Shown here piece after piece: positions 12,001-24,800 of a stretch of DNA of 64,000 nt (position 1 is the stretch's first letter; each line of letters begins with the position of its first letter). The translations under genes were made by a program, and so were the position numbers. Source of the DNA: Antedon mediterranea (taxonomy: Eukaryota; Animalia; Echinodermata); contig NC_092676.1 in NCBI RefSeq assembly GCF_964355755.1, positions 26,430,871 through 26,494,870 of the forward strand, given 5' to 3'. The notes beneath the pieces are model-generated. The model did not search any database. It was not told the DNA's origin and worked only from the letters and a program-made list of their open reading frames with translations.

Positions 12001-14440
12001 GCCATTTTCTGAAAAATCCCTGAACTATAGTACAGGGAAATTTTCGAAAGATGACCAATTTTCGACCGTTTTATTTGTTGACATAAATGGTTAATATAGC
12101 ATAATAAACATGCGCAGAGTAGAATAATGGGCTCTGCGCATGTCAATTATGCTATAGTAACCAGCCCTTTTATTTTTTGACATAAATGGTTACTTTAGCA
12201 TAATAAACATGCGCAGAGTCGAATAATGGGCTCTGCGCATGTCAATTATGCTATAGTAACCAGTTTTATCGAAAAATAAAAAGGTCGAAATTTGGCCATT
12301 TTCTGAAAAAATCCCTGTACAGGGAAATTTTCGAAAAATAGCAAATTTTCGACCCTTTTATTTTTTGACATAAATGGTTGCTATAGCATAATAAACATGC
12401 GCAGAGTCGAATACTGGGTTCTGCGCATGTCAGTTATGCTATAGTAACTAGCCCTTTTATTTTTTGACATAAATGGTTACTATAGCATAATAAACATGCG
12501 CAGAGTTGAATAATGAGCTCTGCGCATGTCATTTATGCTATAGTAACCAGTTTTATCGAAAAATAAAAAGTTCGAAATTTAGCCATTTTCTGAAAAAATC
12601 CCTGAACTATAGTACAGGGAAATTTTCGAAAAATGACCAATTTTCGACCCTTTTATTTTTTGACATAAATGGTTACTCTAGCATAATAAACATGCGCAGA
12701 GTCGAATAATGGGCTCTGCGCATGTCAATTATGCTATAATAACCAGTTTTATCTAAAAATAAAAAGGTCGAAATTTGGCCATTTTCTGAAAAATCCCTGT
12801 ACTATAGTACAGGGAAATTTTCGAAAAATAGCCAATTTTCGACCCTTTTATTTTTTGAAATAAATGGTTGCTATAGCATAATAAAAATGCGCAGAGTCGA
12901 ATAATGGGTTCTGCGCATGTCAATTATGCTATATAACCTGCCCTTTTATTGTTGAAATTTGGCCATTTTCTGAAAAATCCCTGTACTATAGTACAGGGAA
13001 ATTTTCGAAAAATAGCCAATTTTCGACCCTTTTATTTTTTGACATAAATGGTTACTATAGCATAATAAACATGCGCAGAGTAGAATAAAGGGCTCTGCGC
13101 ATGTCAATTATGCTATAGTAACCACTTTTATCGAAAAATAAAAAGTTCGAAATTTAGCCATTTTCTGATTATTTCATTTCTGGTTATATACAGGGTAATT
13201 TTCGAAAAATAGCCAATTTTCGACCCTTTTATTTTTTGACATAAATGGTTACTTTAGCATAATAAACATGCGCAGAGTCGAATAATGGGCTCTGCGCATG
13301 TCAATTATGCTATAGTAACCAGTTTTATCGAAAAATAAAAAGGTCGAAATTTGGCCATTTTCTGAAAAAATCCCTGTACTATAGTACAGGGAAATTTTCG
13401 AAAAATAGCCAATTTTCGACCCTTTTACTTTTTGACATAAATGGTTGCAATAGCATAATAAACATGCGCAGAGTCGAATAATGGGTTCTGCGCATGTCAA
13501 TTATGCTATATAACCAGCCCTTTTATTGTTGAAATTTGGCCATTTTCTGAAAAATCCCTGTACTATAGTACAGGGAAATTTTCGAAAAATAGCCAATTTT
13601 CGACCCTTTTATTTTTTGACATAAATGGTTACTATAGCATAATAAACATGCGCAGAGTAGAATAAAGGGCTCTGCGCATGTCAATTATGCTATAGTAACC
13701 ACTTTTATCGAAAAATAAAAAGTTCGAAATTTAGCCATTTTCTGATTATTTCATTTCTAGTTATATACAGGGAAATTTTCGAAAAATAGCCAATTTTCGA
13801 CCCTTTTATTTGTTGACATAAATGGTTGCTATAGCATAATAAACATGCGCAGAGTCGAATACTGGGTTCTGCGCATTTCAATTATGCTATAGTAACCAGC
13901 CCTTTTATTTTTTGACAAATGATTACTTTAGCATAATAAACATGCGCAGAGTCGAATAATGGGCTCTGTACTATAGTACAGGGAAATTTTCTAAAAATGA
14001 CCAATTTCCGACCCTTTTATTTTTTGACATAAATGGTTACTCTAGCATAATAAACATGCGCAGAGTCGAATAATGGGCTCTGTACTATAGTACAGGGAAA
14101 TTTTCTAAAAATGACCAATTTCCGACCCTTTTATTTTTTGACATAAATGGTTACTATAGCATAATAAACATGCGCAGAGTCGACTAATGGGCTCTGCGCA
14201 TGTCAATTATGCTATAGTAACCAGTTTTATCTAAAAATAAAAATGTCGAAATTTGGTAAATTTTCGAAAAATGACCAATTTTCGACTCTTTTATTTTTTG
14301 ACATAAATGGTTACTCTAGCATAATAAACATGCGCAGAGTCCATACTATACTGTACTATAGTACAGGGAAATTCGACCCTGTGCATATATGGCAATATCA
14401 TTGTATAATTTAATTTTAAAGTCGATGTTTTGGCCATTTT
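9010..14440. repeat. Complex palindromic tandem array (satellite): 99-bp and ~195-bp units built from hairpin A and hairpin B, with degenerate ~163-bp units at the edges
   Basis: About 30-33 copies of TGGTTACTATAGCATAAT-AA-ACATGCGCAGAG-(12 nt)-CTCTGCGCATGT-CA-ATTATGCTATAGTAACCA, interleaved with AAAAATAAAAAGGTCGAAATTTGGCCATTTT...CCCTGTACTATAGTACAGGG...AAAATAGCCAATTTTCGACCCTTTTATTTTT. Confidence 0.97.
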
Positions 14441-14912
14441 GCTTCTAAACTAAAAGAGAGGGAAAAAAAACACTAACAGTAACACCATCTGATCCATAAA
14501 TTGGATTGGTACATTATATTATTAAAGTTTCGTCATCATATTAAATTAACAACAGAAACAAACATACATAATTGGACAGCTTAACATATGAACTACTGTA
14601 AACCATGATTTAATTTACACATCTATCATGCAATGCAAATAATTATTTCTAAAAAAAAGAAGAAAAACACAAAGTTTTATTATTCCTCTCTGTACTACCT
14701 TGTTTAAGTAGAACAAATAAAATAAAAACATTCAAAAGATGAACAGGTTTTAAAAGGCATGTCGTATGGATACAAATAAAAAACATATCCATTGTCATTC
14801 TGCAGTACAAATATGTGGTAATTTTTGTTATACTGAAGATCCCTAAAATAAATGTATTGAAAATATTAAAGATAAAATCTATAGATTACAATAAAATAAT
14901 ACCAGTCTCTAA

Positions 14913-15047
14913 AGCTCTGTCTACACTATCAAACTAAATGTGACAACAAAATGTGATGTATAACTAGCATTTTTGGGCACATCACTACCATATTTGGGTA
15001 CATCACTACCATATTTGTCAAACTAGTTTGATAGCATAGACAGCGCT
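14913..15047 (+). mobile_element. MITE family 1 copy with TAA target-site duplication
   Basis: TAA|AGCTCTGTCTACAC...GACAGCGCT|TAA. Confidence 0.85.
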
Positions 15048-15749
15048 TAAAGAGAATAATTGCAATCTCAAAGAATCACTCTTGTTGTTGTTTTTTTTGT
15101 AATAGGACTACTACTTGGTACATAAAACAAGGCAAGACAATAAGTGTAGAAGTATGCAATAAAAATGTACTCTTGTAGCACAGCTCAGTTGATGGAGGTT
15201 TTAAATGATTCAATTTGTTCCAGTCATAATTTAGATTTTTTAAAGTGTTTTAATCTAAATCCTAGGTGCATTTGAAATGAGATAAAAAATAACAAATATC
15301 TTCCCACACGCCGTCTCATCATTTACATTGGCAAGGTAAGTTTAGTTTTCAAATAAAACGTTATTACAGTATTTATATAAAGTAGTTCATCAAGCAATAT
15401 TTTATATTCCTCTTCTTCCTCTTCATCATTCATTCAACATAATTATTACTATGGGAACTCAATGGCATGGGTTTAACAAATTATTCATAACATTTATTAT
15501 CATAATCAGTGTTCTACAATTACACAAATTCTTTTATATGCCACGTCACATTGGGTTAAAAAATAATCCTTACTAACAATACTATTTACAGGTGTGTGTA
15601 TACCAATGCCTCACTGGTAATCTAGTCAATAATAATTTAGTTACACAATTCAGTAATAAACAATTCTTGTTTTCTTTACAACTGTTTATGTAAGAAACTC
15701 TGGGGGTTTACACTTAACAGTAGCACCAGTAGACCATCACATGATCAGA

Positions 15750-16150
15750 AGCTCCTCAACACTGCCATACATTCTTTCAGACTTCCATAAGTTCTTCAAG
15801 GTAAAACTACCAATTGATGTTTAAGTGGTCAGATTCCTCAAGACGTGGTCACAAATAGCTCAAGATGTGTTCTTTAAGACTTCCATATATTCTTCAAGCC
15901 TCCCATAAGTACCTCAAGACTTCCATAAGTACCTCAAGACTGCCATACGTTCCTCATGACTGCCATAAGTTCCTCATGACTGCCATATAGCAAGTGAGGT
16001 TCTCGATAACCAGTCTTTCACTATAATATATAGACTTTAAGACAAATATAATATAGTCTTCAAGGAAGCATATAGTCTTTTAGACGACCATAAAATCTTT
16101 TAGACAACCACAAAGTCTTTTAGAGAACCATGAACTCTTTACAATGGCTA
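15750..16150. repeat. Degenerate ~20-bp minisatellite (gacttccataagtacctcaa) in or near the PHRF1 3' UTR
   Basis: Repeated caagacttccataagt / gactgccata words at ~20-bp spacing. Confidence 0.65.
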
Positions 16151-16320
16151 CTACAAGTTTATAAAAACTTCCATCGTTCAATACCATACAGTCTTCTGTC
16201 ATAAGTTACTTATGACCACAATACAGTGAATATTACACTACTATACATCAACAACTGAGTTAACCGCAAGCATTTAATCTATAAGCGGTTCATCAATGTT
16301 CATTTCATTTAGCGAATCCT

Positions 16321-19300
16321 TCATCGTTTTTTCTTAACCTCCGGTTGCTTTTTCTTTTGTTTGACGTCTTTGTCCACATGTTTCTTCTTGAGTTGAAATT
16401 TCTTCACATATCCATCTATTAATCTACGGATTTTTACTGGATTAATTTCACCACTTTTACTATGACAAACCTGAAAAAAAAAAGCAAGTTATCTCTATAT
16501 TTCAAGGAATACAGATCTGAAAAGCAATGTACCAATGATTTCTACAATTACCATTGTCTTTTGTAATAGAACTTTTGATTTATGAAGACATGGGATCAAG
16601 TCATGTCAATTTATTTCATTGTGTGTACAGAGAGAAATTGTGATGTGCTTCCTCATCCTATCCTTCTAAGGCCAGGCAACGATCTTAGGTTGTCTCAAAT
16701 CATAATCTTCCAAGAATAATAGAGTGAGTGGCCGAGCGGTTAAGACAGTGGAACCGTAATCACGTAGCCATAACATCGGCAGGGGTTCGAGGCTCACTCA
16801 CTCCATGGTTCTGGTGGTAGAACGAGTCTTCTCGGATAAGGACTATAAACCGTAGGTCCAGTGTACACAACTTGCTCGTGTGCACTTTAAAGAACCTAGT
16901 ACATTTTTCGAGACGAGTAGGGGGTTACCCCGGTGTAGTAGTACATCACAGCCACTGATCACCAACTGGGCCCTCTGGGAGATCAGTCTTTGACTGAAGA
17001 GGTCAACCAGTATAAAGATAAAACAAACAAAAAACAAATAAAATTCTGGTATAAGCTCTTAATTGTGAAATACGGTCTATTTTTCAGATGGGGAAATATG
17101 AGCTTGTATTGAAAAACTGAAATATGGTTGGCTGCAAGGAAAACAATTTGGTGGTAGGATCAGTATTACTATTTCTTTGAAAAAAATAGAGTTAAACTCA
17201 CTTGATTTACAGATCTTTTAAGTATTTCTTTGTAGTCATTTTTGTCAATTTCTTTACGTTGATAGTACGGCTTAATAGCTAGCTTCACCTCCTCCACGAC
17301 ACGCTCTTGGTGGTGTAACTTCTTCAAGTACTGTGTAAACATAAATTGAAATGTAAGAATAATTGCATTAAAAATCAATAAATGCTTTAACTGGTTAAAA
17401 AAAAATGGAAGGACTCAACTCTACCAAAATCTTGGACCTTAAAAAAACAGATGCAGGAACACGCACATAATATAAATACTGTAGTCACAAATATATATCA
17501 AAAAGTAGTTTTATAAAATCATTTTAGCTGTCAAAGGGGGGAGCATGTGACCCTCCTAGATCCGCCACCAAAATGCTGTATGGAACTAAAATATTTACCC
17601 TTTCTCTGGAATTCTTGTTTTGAAGTTCAACTGCAGAAGACTCAATATCTTCTTCGTCATTAAATTCAAATTCAGCATCTGATTCATTAGGAGAGGGGGC
17701 GTTAAATATCGACTTGAAATCCTTATTTGCAGTGCTTGCAAATTTACTGGATCCGGGTAGGGCCTTTTCGGCGTCTGTTTCTTTAGAATCTAGAGTTGCC
17801 TTTCCCGATTTATTTACAAATGTGTCAATCAACTGGTTTAGTTTGGATCCATCCTGTGTAACAAGCTGCGGTAAAATATCATTGAATGGTTTTGTCACCG
17901 GTTTATCTTTCGTTCCATCCGGTGACGACTTTATTCCCGTTTCAACTTTTGGACGCTTTACAGCTTCAAAAGCACTGTCCGTGGAATTATTCAAAGAACC
18001 AAAGTCCGAGCTCAATTTTCGTTTTGAGTTTGGTGGAGGAGAATGAGTTTGGAATGATGAGCAGGGAGATGAGCTGGTTAACGATGGCGACGCAGTTGGT
18101 TCAAAGGGATCGTAGGGTTCATCAACCTTATCAACAGATTGTTCAAACGTTTGGGCTGGTTCTTTGGTCTTTTTGTCTACAACAGTTACATGTGGTGGAG
18201 AACTTTCTTTATCATTACACTTCTTAACACTATTTTGTACTGGTGGTGGTATAACTTCTTTTATTTCTGCTTTTTTATGAGTTTGTTGTTTAAACGCAAT
18301 AGCATCAATTTTGGCTTTTAAGCTTGCTACCTCACGTTTATCAATATCGTTCATTTTTTTTCTTTCGAGTTCTTCCTTTTTATCTGTCCTTGTTGTTTCC
18401 TTCACATCTGAAATGACTTCTTTCTTTTTCTTCACTTTTTTGTCTTTCTCTTTTTTCTCTTTCTTCACCTTTCCCTTTATTGGTTTTTCTTTTTTCTTTT
18501 TCTTTTTATCTGAAAGTTCTGTTTTAGTACTTTTTGAACTGAAATCTATATTCTCTTTAGTTCTTTCTTTACTTTTTCCCTCTGATTTTCTATTCTCATT
18601 ATTATTACCTTTTATTCGCTCATTTCTTTCAACCTTCTTTTCGTTATTTATACTTTTTTCAGATTTTACAATATCCTTTGACTTTCTTTGTTCTTTATTT
18701 GTACGGTCAGATTTATGTACTTGAGGAGTTGCATCTAATTTACTGTTTTTATCGCGTCCATTTGTTCTACTACTACTTCTCGAAATGTCTTTTTGATTTG
18801 TAGTTTCGTTTCTGGACTTATCTTTACGGTTGCGATCATGATCTCGATCTTTGTTCTTATCTAGTGATTTTTCCCTGCGTTGGGAATCGGCTCCAGATGA
18901 ATTGCTTCTAGTCGTCGTTTGGCTGTGACTGTATCTCTTACGTTCTTGCTTATTATCCTTTTTATCTTTTTCACGAGTATCACGATTTCTACGATCACTG
19001 TTTGTTTCCCATCCAACATCACGTTTATCCATACTTGCTTTTTCTCGGCTCTTCCTCCTATCAAAAATCGGCGAACGTTCACGTTTAACAGTAAAATTTT
19101 CCCAAGATCGTTCTTTTAAATAGCGTTGCGAACCGGCGCTGTTTTGACGCTGCCAATCTGCAGCAAACGCTTGTTCATAATTACGATGTTGTTGTTCCCA
19201 TGTGGCAGACCATTCCGGATGATACTCGACCCACTTGCGATTATAATCATCCCAATACATTTCATAACGTGGATTATCGTAATTACGTTTAACTTGTATA

Positions 19301-22300
19301 ACATGACGCAAATCATTATAACCACTACCGCGATCATATCTATCACGATCTTCAATCCTACGAGAATCCTGATTTTTAGGGACCTTCGAAAGATCCGACA
19401 CATTGTGGTGTTCATTTACTACAACATTGCGCGTATCACGGTCGTGGCTATGTTTTGCTTTCTTTGTTTTTTTTTTTGGCAATTTACGGCCTTTTGTTTC
19501 CTCATCGCTTTTCACTTCCCCTTCTTCTGCAGATGAATCACGGGTGCTTCCTGACGTATGGGAGCGCTTACTTTTCCCATGCTTGCTTGATTTTTTCTTT
19601 TTATCATCTACCGACTTTCGCGACTTTCGTTCATCAGTTTCCGAGTGCGATTCAAAGCTGCTCGTTGAGGCACGACACGTAAGCGTACCTTCTCTGTGTT
19701 CTTTACCAGCACGCTCATTTTGAGTGGACTTTGAATTCTCATCTTTTTTTACTTGTAGATTTTGCTTTTCCGTTTCCTCTTGTTCTTCATCTTTCTTCTT
19801 AACTACCTCTACCCACTGTGCTTCCTCCTCTACTATTTCATCTTCATCTTCTTCCTCCTCCTTTTCATTATCCTTAGTCCCATTAATATCTTTTACCTTC
19901 GAATCATCTTTAGCTTTATGAGTAACTGAAAAAGGTGTTTGTATATCCCATTCAATCTCATCGTTCAATTCTTCCTCTAGCTGGCGCTGTTCCTTCATAC
20001 TTCTCACTTCTTCTTCTCGTTCAGCTGCTCGTATATTAGCAAGTTCGCGGGCAGCCGCTCGCTTACCCTTTGTTTCAAGAAAATTATGTGGTTTAACATC
20101 ATTGGAATCGTCGTCGCTATCTTCAGAATGTTCTAGATTTGTTTCGCAATATTTCGAGGTATCAACATTAAACTTTACTTCAGGTGGTAAACTAACATTG
20201 TACGTATTCTTATCAGGTGACTCGTTTAATATTCCAGATTTTACGTCACCCTCAGAAGATGTGCTCGTTCTTTTCCTCTTCCGAAGTGATGATTCTGAAT
20301 AAAGAAAAATAAACATTATTACATCATTTTGAAAATGAATTCATTCAAATATCTCAACAGTGAACATAATTTAGGGAACATACAAACCTAATTGGTGACA
20401 GTGGCTTAGTCTGCTTTTGCGCGTTCCTGTCAGCTAGTGACTATGATTTTATATTTTCTCCTTTTGTCATGTGCATGTTTGTTTCCTTTGTTGATTTGTA
20501 TAATATTTTGTAAAATGTATCTTTTGCCTGAATAAATAATATAATAATACTAACATTAACTGAAATGTCCAACACTAACCTTTGGAAAGAGGGTTGGCTG
20601 ATAAAGTACCATCTCGGTGTATAGTAACGTTCTCACTCTTAGTGTGAAGTAATTCCTGCCCTTGCATAATACTGCTTAAAACATCTACGGACGATTCCTG
20701 GTTTGAGCTGTGTTAACATTTTAAAAAAGGCAAATATATCATTTTACTTGTACTGCATTTATGTATGAAGTCATATCAGTTTGAGGAAAATGGGTGTGTT
20801 CATGTTACAAAGTGAGTTAAAAGTTGTCAAATTAATAGACTATCTGATAACTCCACCACATAAAAGTCCTAGAAAGTAGAAAGCCTTTTGCCATTTTCTC
20901 CCCGACTGTTATGCCAATGATGATGAAGATGTGTCAGAACAGTCTACAAACCTGATACTAGAAGAACTTACCTAGTGGATTTAAAACTAGACAGGGTCTC
21001 TGAGGTATTAGAAACATTGCTGTAAATAACAAAAAACATTGCATTAACATTGCATTAACATTTATTTCTTATCTTTCAGTAAGTAAACAAAATAACAATT
21101 TAAATATAAATAATTAAGAGGCAAAACCCAGAAAATAATAACATTTGGAATAACATACTTAACTCTCCTTTTGAAAGTAACATAAGCTGATATAAATTAA
21201 TTCAAACTATGAATAAGTAGTAAAACTAACCTGATTTCTGTGAGGTCATTCCCGCCAAATATATTCAGTTTAGCAGCGCCGATACCGGCTCGTTGATTAT
21301 CCAAACTTGGTTCCAAGCGCACTTTTCGGCCAGGTAACAAACTTCCTGCTCTTGGCTTGACAAGGCCTAGCTTGCCAGCGATCCTCGTTTTTACCGTTAC
21401 AGGCTGTAGTCGTTTGACTTTTCTTTTTACAGTTCTTCTTAATTTTTTACCCTTTTTTTTCTTTGAACCTTTTTTTTTCACTTTTTTTGAAGTTGCTTTT
21501 TTCTTTCTTTTCATTTGTACTCTGGGTAAACGTGTCTCTTTCTTAGTTAAAGAACCACTTGCCTAAAAAATCAGAAATTAAATAATTAATATGCATCAGT
21601 ATTAAACAGCATAATGTCAGGTACTGTACATCGGTTCTTCCATATACAGCATCCATGTTCCTTGTTGTATACTGTAAATGTATGAATTGATAGTCCTTGA
21701 AAGATACCGGAAATGATGCTGTAGTGTAAAGTTCTGTCTACACTATCAAAAAATGTGAACAAAAAAAGTGTGAAGTGTGCCTAAATATGGTAGTGATATG
21801 CCAAATATAGTAGTGATAGGACATCATGTTCATATATGGGCACATCACATTTTTTTGTCAAATAAAGTTTGATAGTGTAGCTTATGTAATATTGTATGGT
21901 TATTTAATTAATGAAATATGGTAGCCATGTAATTCATGATTCATTCATAGTGTACCTCATTTACATCTTCTTCGCGTAGTCGTAGCGCTCTTGCTTTGCT
22001 AATCTGTGTGACAACACGTTCACTAACTCTGGTTCGAGCAATAACACGTGGAATTCCTTGATAAATTTGAGAGTTCCTTGTCTCCATTGTACTTCTACTG
22101 GTAGTGTCTGGTTTATCTTCTTCTTCAACCTTAACTTCACATTGTTCTAGGAAACATAAATTTATGAATATTTTAAATTGTTGTTGTGAGAAACAGGTTA
22201 TGATAATAAAACGTTTACCCACGTTCCATGCAAAAACTATGTGTGTGAAATGCTAACATAGCCAAGCATTACCTCTGGCCTCAAACCAAATGCAGCGGAC

Positions 22301-24091
22301 TAAGTGTGAACGCAGCTTTACCTCTGGCCTCAAACCAAATGCAGCGGAATAAGTGTGAACGCAGCTTTATCTTTAAACAAAAAGTTTCTTACTTTGTTGT
22401 TCTACAGGATCTAGACACGATGGCGTACATTCTGGACAATACCATTCTTCAATGGGGATGTGTTCCAACGGTGGATCTAAACATTCCAAATGATATCCAT
22501 TATCGCAACCATCACACAGTAGGAGCCGATCTTCACGATCGCATCGTCCGCAAACCTCGCAATACGTTACCGATTCGTCTTCTTCCTCTTCTTGTTTGTT
22601 GCATGTGGCAACTTCTATGTTGCGTTCAATTGGGCCGCCAACAATGCTTCGTACTAATATGCAGTGAAACACAGTGCGATCCACAGGGCAAGTGTTTACA
22701 TGCTAAGTATTTAAAAAAACAAAAAGATTAGCATTATAAACCTGTAACTAAAGTATCACACTATTCTTTCTCACCAGTGAAAAGTAAAATACTGTACCCA
22801 TATACACTGTAAAGTAAAATACTGTACCCATATACACTGTAAAGTAAAATACTGTACCCATATACACTGTAAAGTAAAATACTGTACCCATATACACTGT
22901 AAAGTAAAATACTGTACCCATATACACTGTAAAGTAAAATACTGTACCCATATACACTGTAAAATAAAATACTGTACCCATATACACTGTAAAGTAAAAT
23001 ACTGTACCCATATACACTGTAAAGTAAAATACTGTACCCATATACACTGTAAAGTAAAATACTGTAAAATGAAAATGGCCTATGGAATGAGTATGATTTT
23101 GTTTTGTTTTTTGTAGGTTTTCGTATGTTTATTTTGGTTTTGTATAAAATAATTTATACCTTTGACCATTCTTGTATACATTCTAAACAAAATGTGTGGT
23201 CACAGCTCTCTGGAGTTCCCAACTCTTGATCCCGGAAAGTAAGTAAACATATGTAACATCTCTCAGCGTCCTCATCGCTCTCGTACCCACATGCGCCAAG
23301 CTGACTTTGATCCTCGGGCGATGCTTCGTCCTCATTGTCTTCTTCATCCTCATCATCCGATTCACCCTCCTCTAAAATTTAAATATTATGAAATTCTTTA
23401 GGCAAAAATTAATTGATTTTTAGATGTCTTTGATGTTTTAAAAAAAGTTGGAAGCAGTTTCCGTGCTAATGCACTTTTGCACTACTCAACTCTACTAGAG
23501 CTTACCCAATTTAAAAACATTCACCCACTGTGTGGCGGTGATGGTAAGTGACCATGAAGTCTTATGCCCAGACAACCTGAATAACTATACACTGAAAATG
23601 TACTGACGGTACATATTATGAATGAAAATGTGTATAATTTAGACAAATTTATTTATATAAACTCCATTAAATTACAAACCTTCGTCATCTGTGACCTCTT
23701 CGGTGACTTCTTCCCATTCTTCAACTTCTTCATATTCTTCCGATTCATGAGTTGTTTCATCCATAGTACTTTCAAGAGTTGTTCCTTCTTGGTCATTCCC
23801 TGAACTTGTACCTAAATTATCCTCCAAACTTTCATTCGTTGCCTCTCCTTTCTGGTTTCCAGCACCAGTTTCGACCAATCCATCCATAAACTCTTCATCA
23901 AATTCATCCCCGACATCAAATCCGTCCACATCTTCATTATCAAAGATTTTCTCCTTATCATTGCTATTATCATCATTTTGGAAAATATCTACCGGAGTAT
24001 CATAACATTGTTTATCCGTAGAGTCTACCATTTGTGTGTGTGAATTTGCATCTACATTATTTGCCATCTTGATTTCATCAAATTTGTACAT
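16321..24091 (-). CDS. PHRF1: PHD and RING finger domain-containing protein 1 (RING + PHD, long K/R/E/S-rich region, C-terminal SRI-like Pol II CTD-binding domain)
   Basis: Minus-strand coding exons 24091(or 24067)-23680, 23371-23160, 22702-22393, 22146-21956, 21562-21231, 21019-20972, 20707-20580, 20294-17599, 17330-17202, 16470-16321 join in frame. [46 protein letters not shown]; [31 protein letters not shown]; [17 protein letters not shown]; [36 protein letters not shown]. Confidence 0.93.
16721..17040 (+). mobile_element. tRNA-headed SINE with Deu/Nin-like central domain (family A) in the last PHRF1 intron
   Basis: A box TGGCCGAGCGG (16729), B box GGTTCGAGGC (16784), acceptor-stem-like gagtgagt/actcactc. 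Core tcggataaggactataaaccgtaggtcc...gagtaggggttaccccggtg resembles the DeuSINE domain (from memory). A-rich tail. Confidence 0.8.
21730..21880 (-). mobile_element. MITE family 1 copy
   Basis: agttctgtctacactatcaaa ... aagtttgatagtgtag. Confidence 0.8.
22779..23067. repeat. 30-bp minisatellite (aaagtaaaatactgtacccatatacactgt) x ~9.5 in a PHRF1 intron
   Basis: Near-perfect tandem copies. Explains the spurious [13 protein letters not shown]. Confidence 0.97.
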
Positions 24092-24685
24092 GAATCATGC
24101 ATGCTATAGATAAATTAGTGAAAAATATGATATTCATAAAAGTAAACAAAAGAAGTAAACGGTACTGTAATATTTATACTACCAAAGCTATCAGTCTAAG
24201 ATTAAGATTAGTCCGGCCTAATTTAGTTTGGCTAGCCCCCCTAGCTAGCTAGGTGTAAGTATGTGCATTGTTCTGTCATTCACACCACCACACACCGCAT
24301 CCTGTCTCTGTGTGTCAATTCGTTTTCATCATTTTGTAATTTTTTTTACAAATAAATACAAATTAAATTATCAATCATGTGTACTCATACAAAATCAAAA
24401 TAAAATACAAATATGATGAATTTTGAAAACATCGATATCTTGTATGCAAACAAAAGCCGCATTTAGTCATGCTTTTCGTGCATATCGTAGGTTAGTAGCT
24501 AGGCTAGGCCTTCATTTATCCAAAAATGCTTCATCGCGGTCGCGTCGACAATTTCAAGACGATGGAATTCACACTGTATTTACACATGAACAAATAAATA
24601 ATGTAAACTGTAATAATAACAGAATATTGAGTAAAGTTTCAGATCAAATTAAATGAAAGAATATTCTATGGTTCATGTATATTAC

Positions 24686-24800
24686 CTGCAAATTTTGAGA
24701 AATTCCTCTCAAAAATCGAGAGGCCTCTCAGCCGCCATGATAATTAGAATCATTCCCAGTTGCCATTGCGTGGATTTTCAATCCGGAAGTTAGTCTTCAA
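24686..24800 (-). promoter_or_regulatory. Probable non-coding first exon and promoter of PHRF1
   Basis: Minus-strand donor CAG|GTAAT at 24686/24685. YY1-like ATGGCGGC near 24731-24738, ETS site CCGGAAGT at 24783-24790, ZNF143-like ttcccagttgcc. CpG-rich. Confidence 0.55.

Noticed and set aside
9400-14380. CRISPR-like array or repeated MTCAEPII ORFs
   Set aside because: Palindromic repeats are present, but the intervening sequences are themselves repeated (no unique spacers), there are no cas genes and the context is eukaryotic. The ORFs are by-products of the repeat and are broken by variable indels.
16721-16805. tRNA gene
   Set aside because: The tRNA-like head continues into a SINE core and A-rich tail and has a diverged second copy, so it is a SINE rather than a tRNA.
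17714-20302. Multiple plus-strand ORFs rich in F/S/L
   Set aside because: Antisense shadows of the K/E/R-rich PHRF1 exon.
22748-23047. 99-aa repetitive ORF ([10 protein letters not shown])n
   Set aside because: Intronic 30-bp minisatellite.
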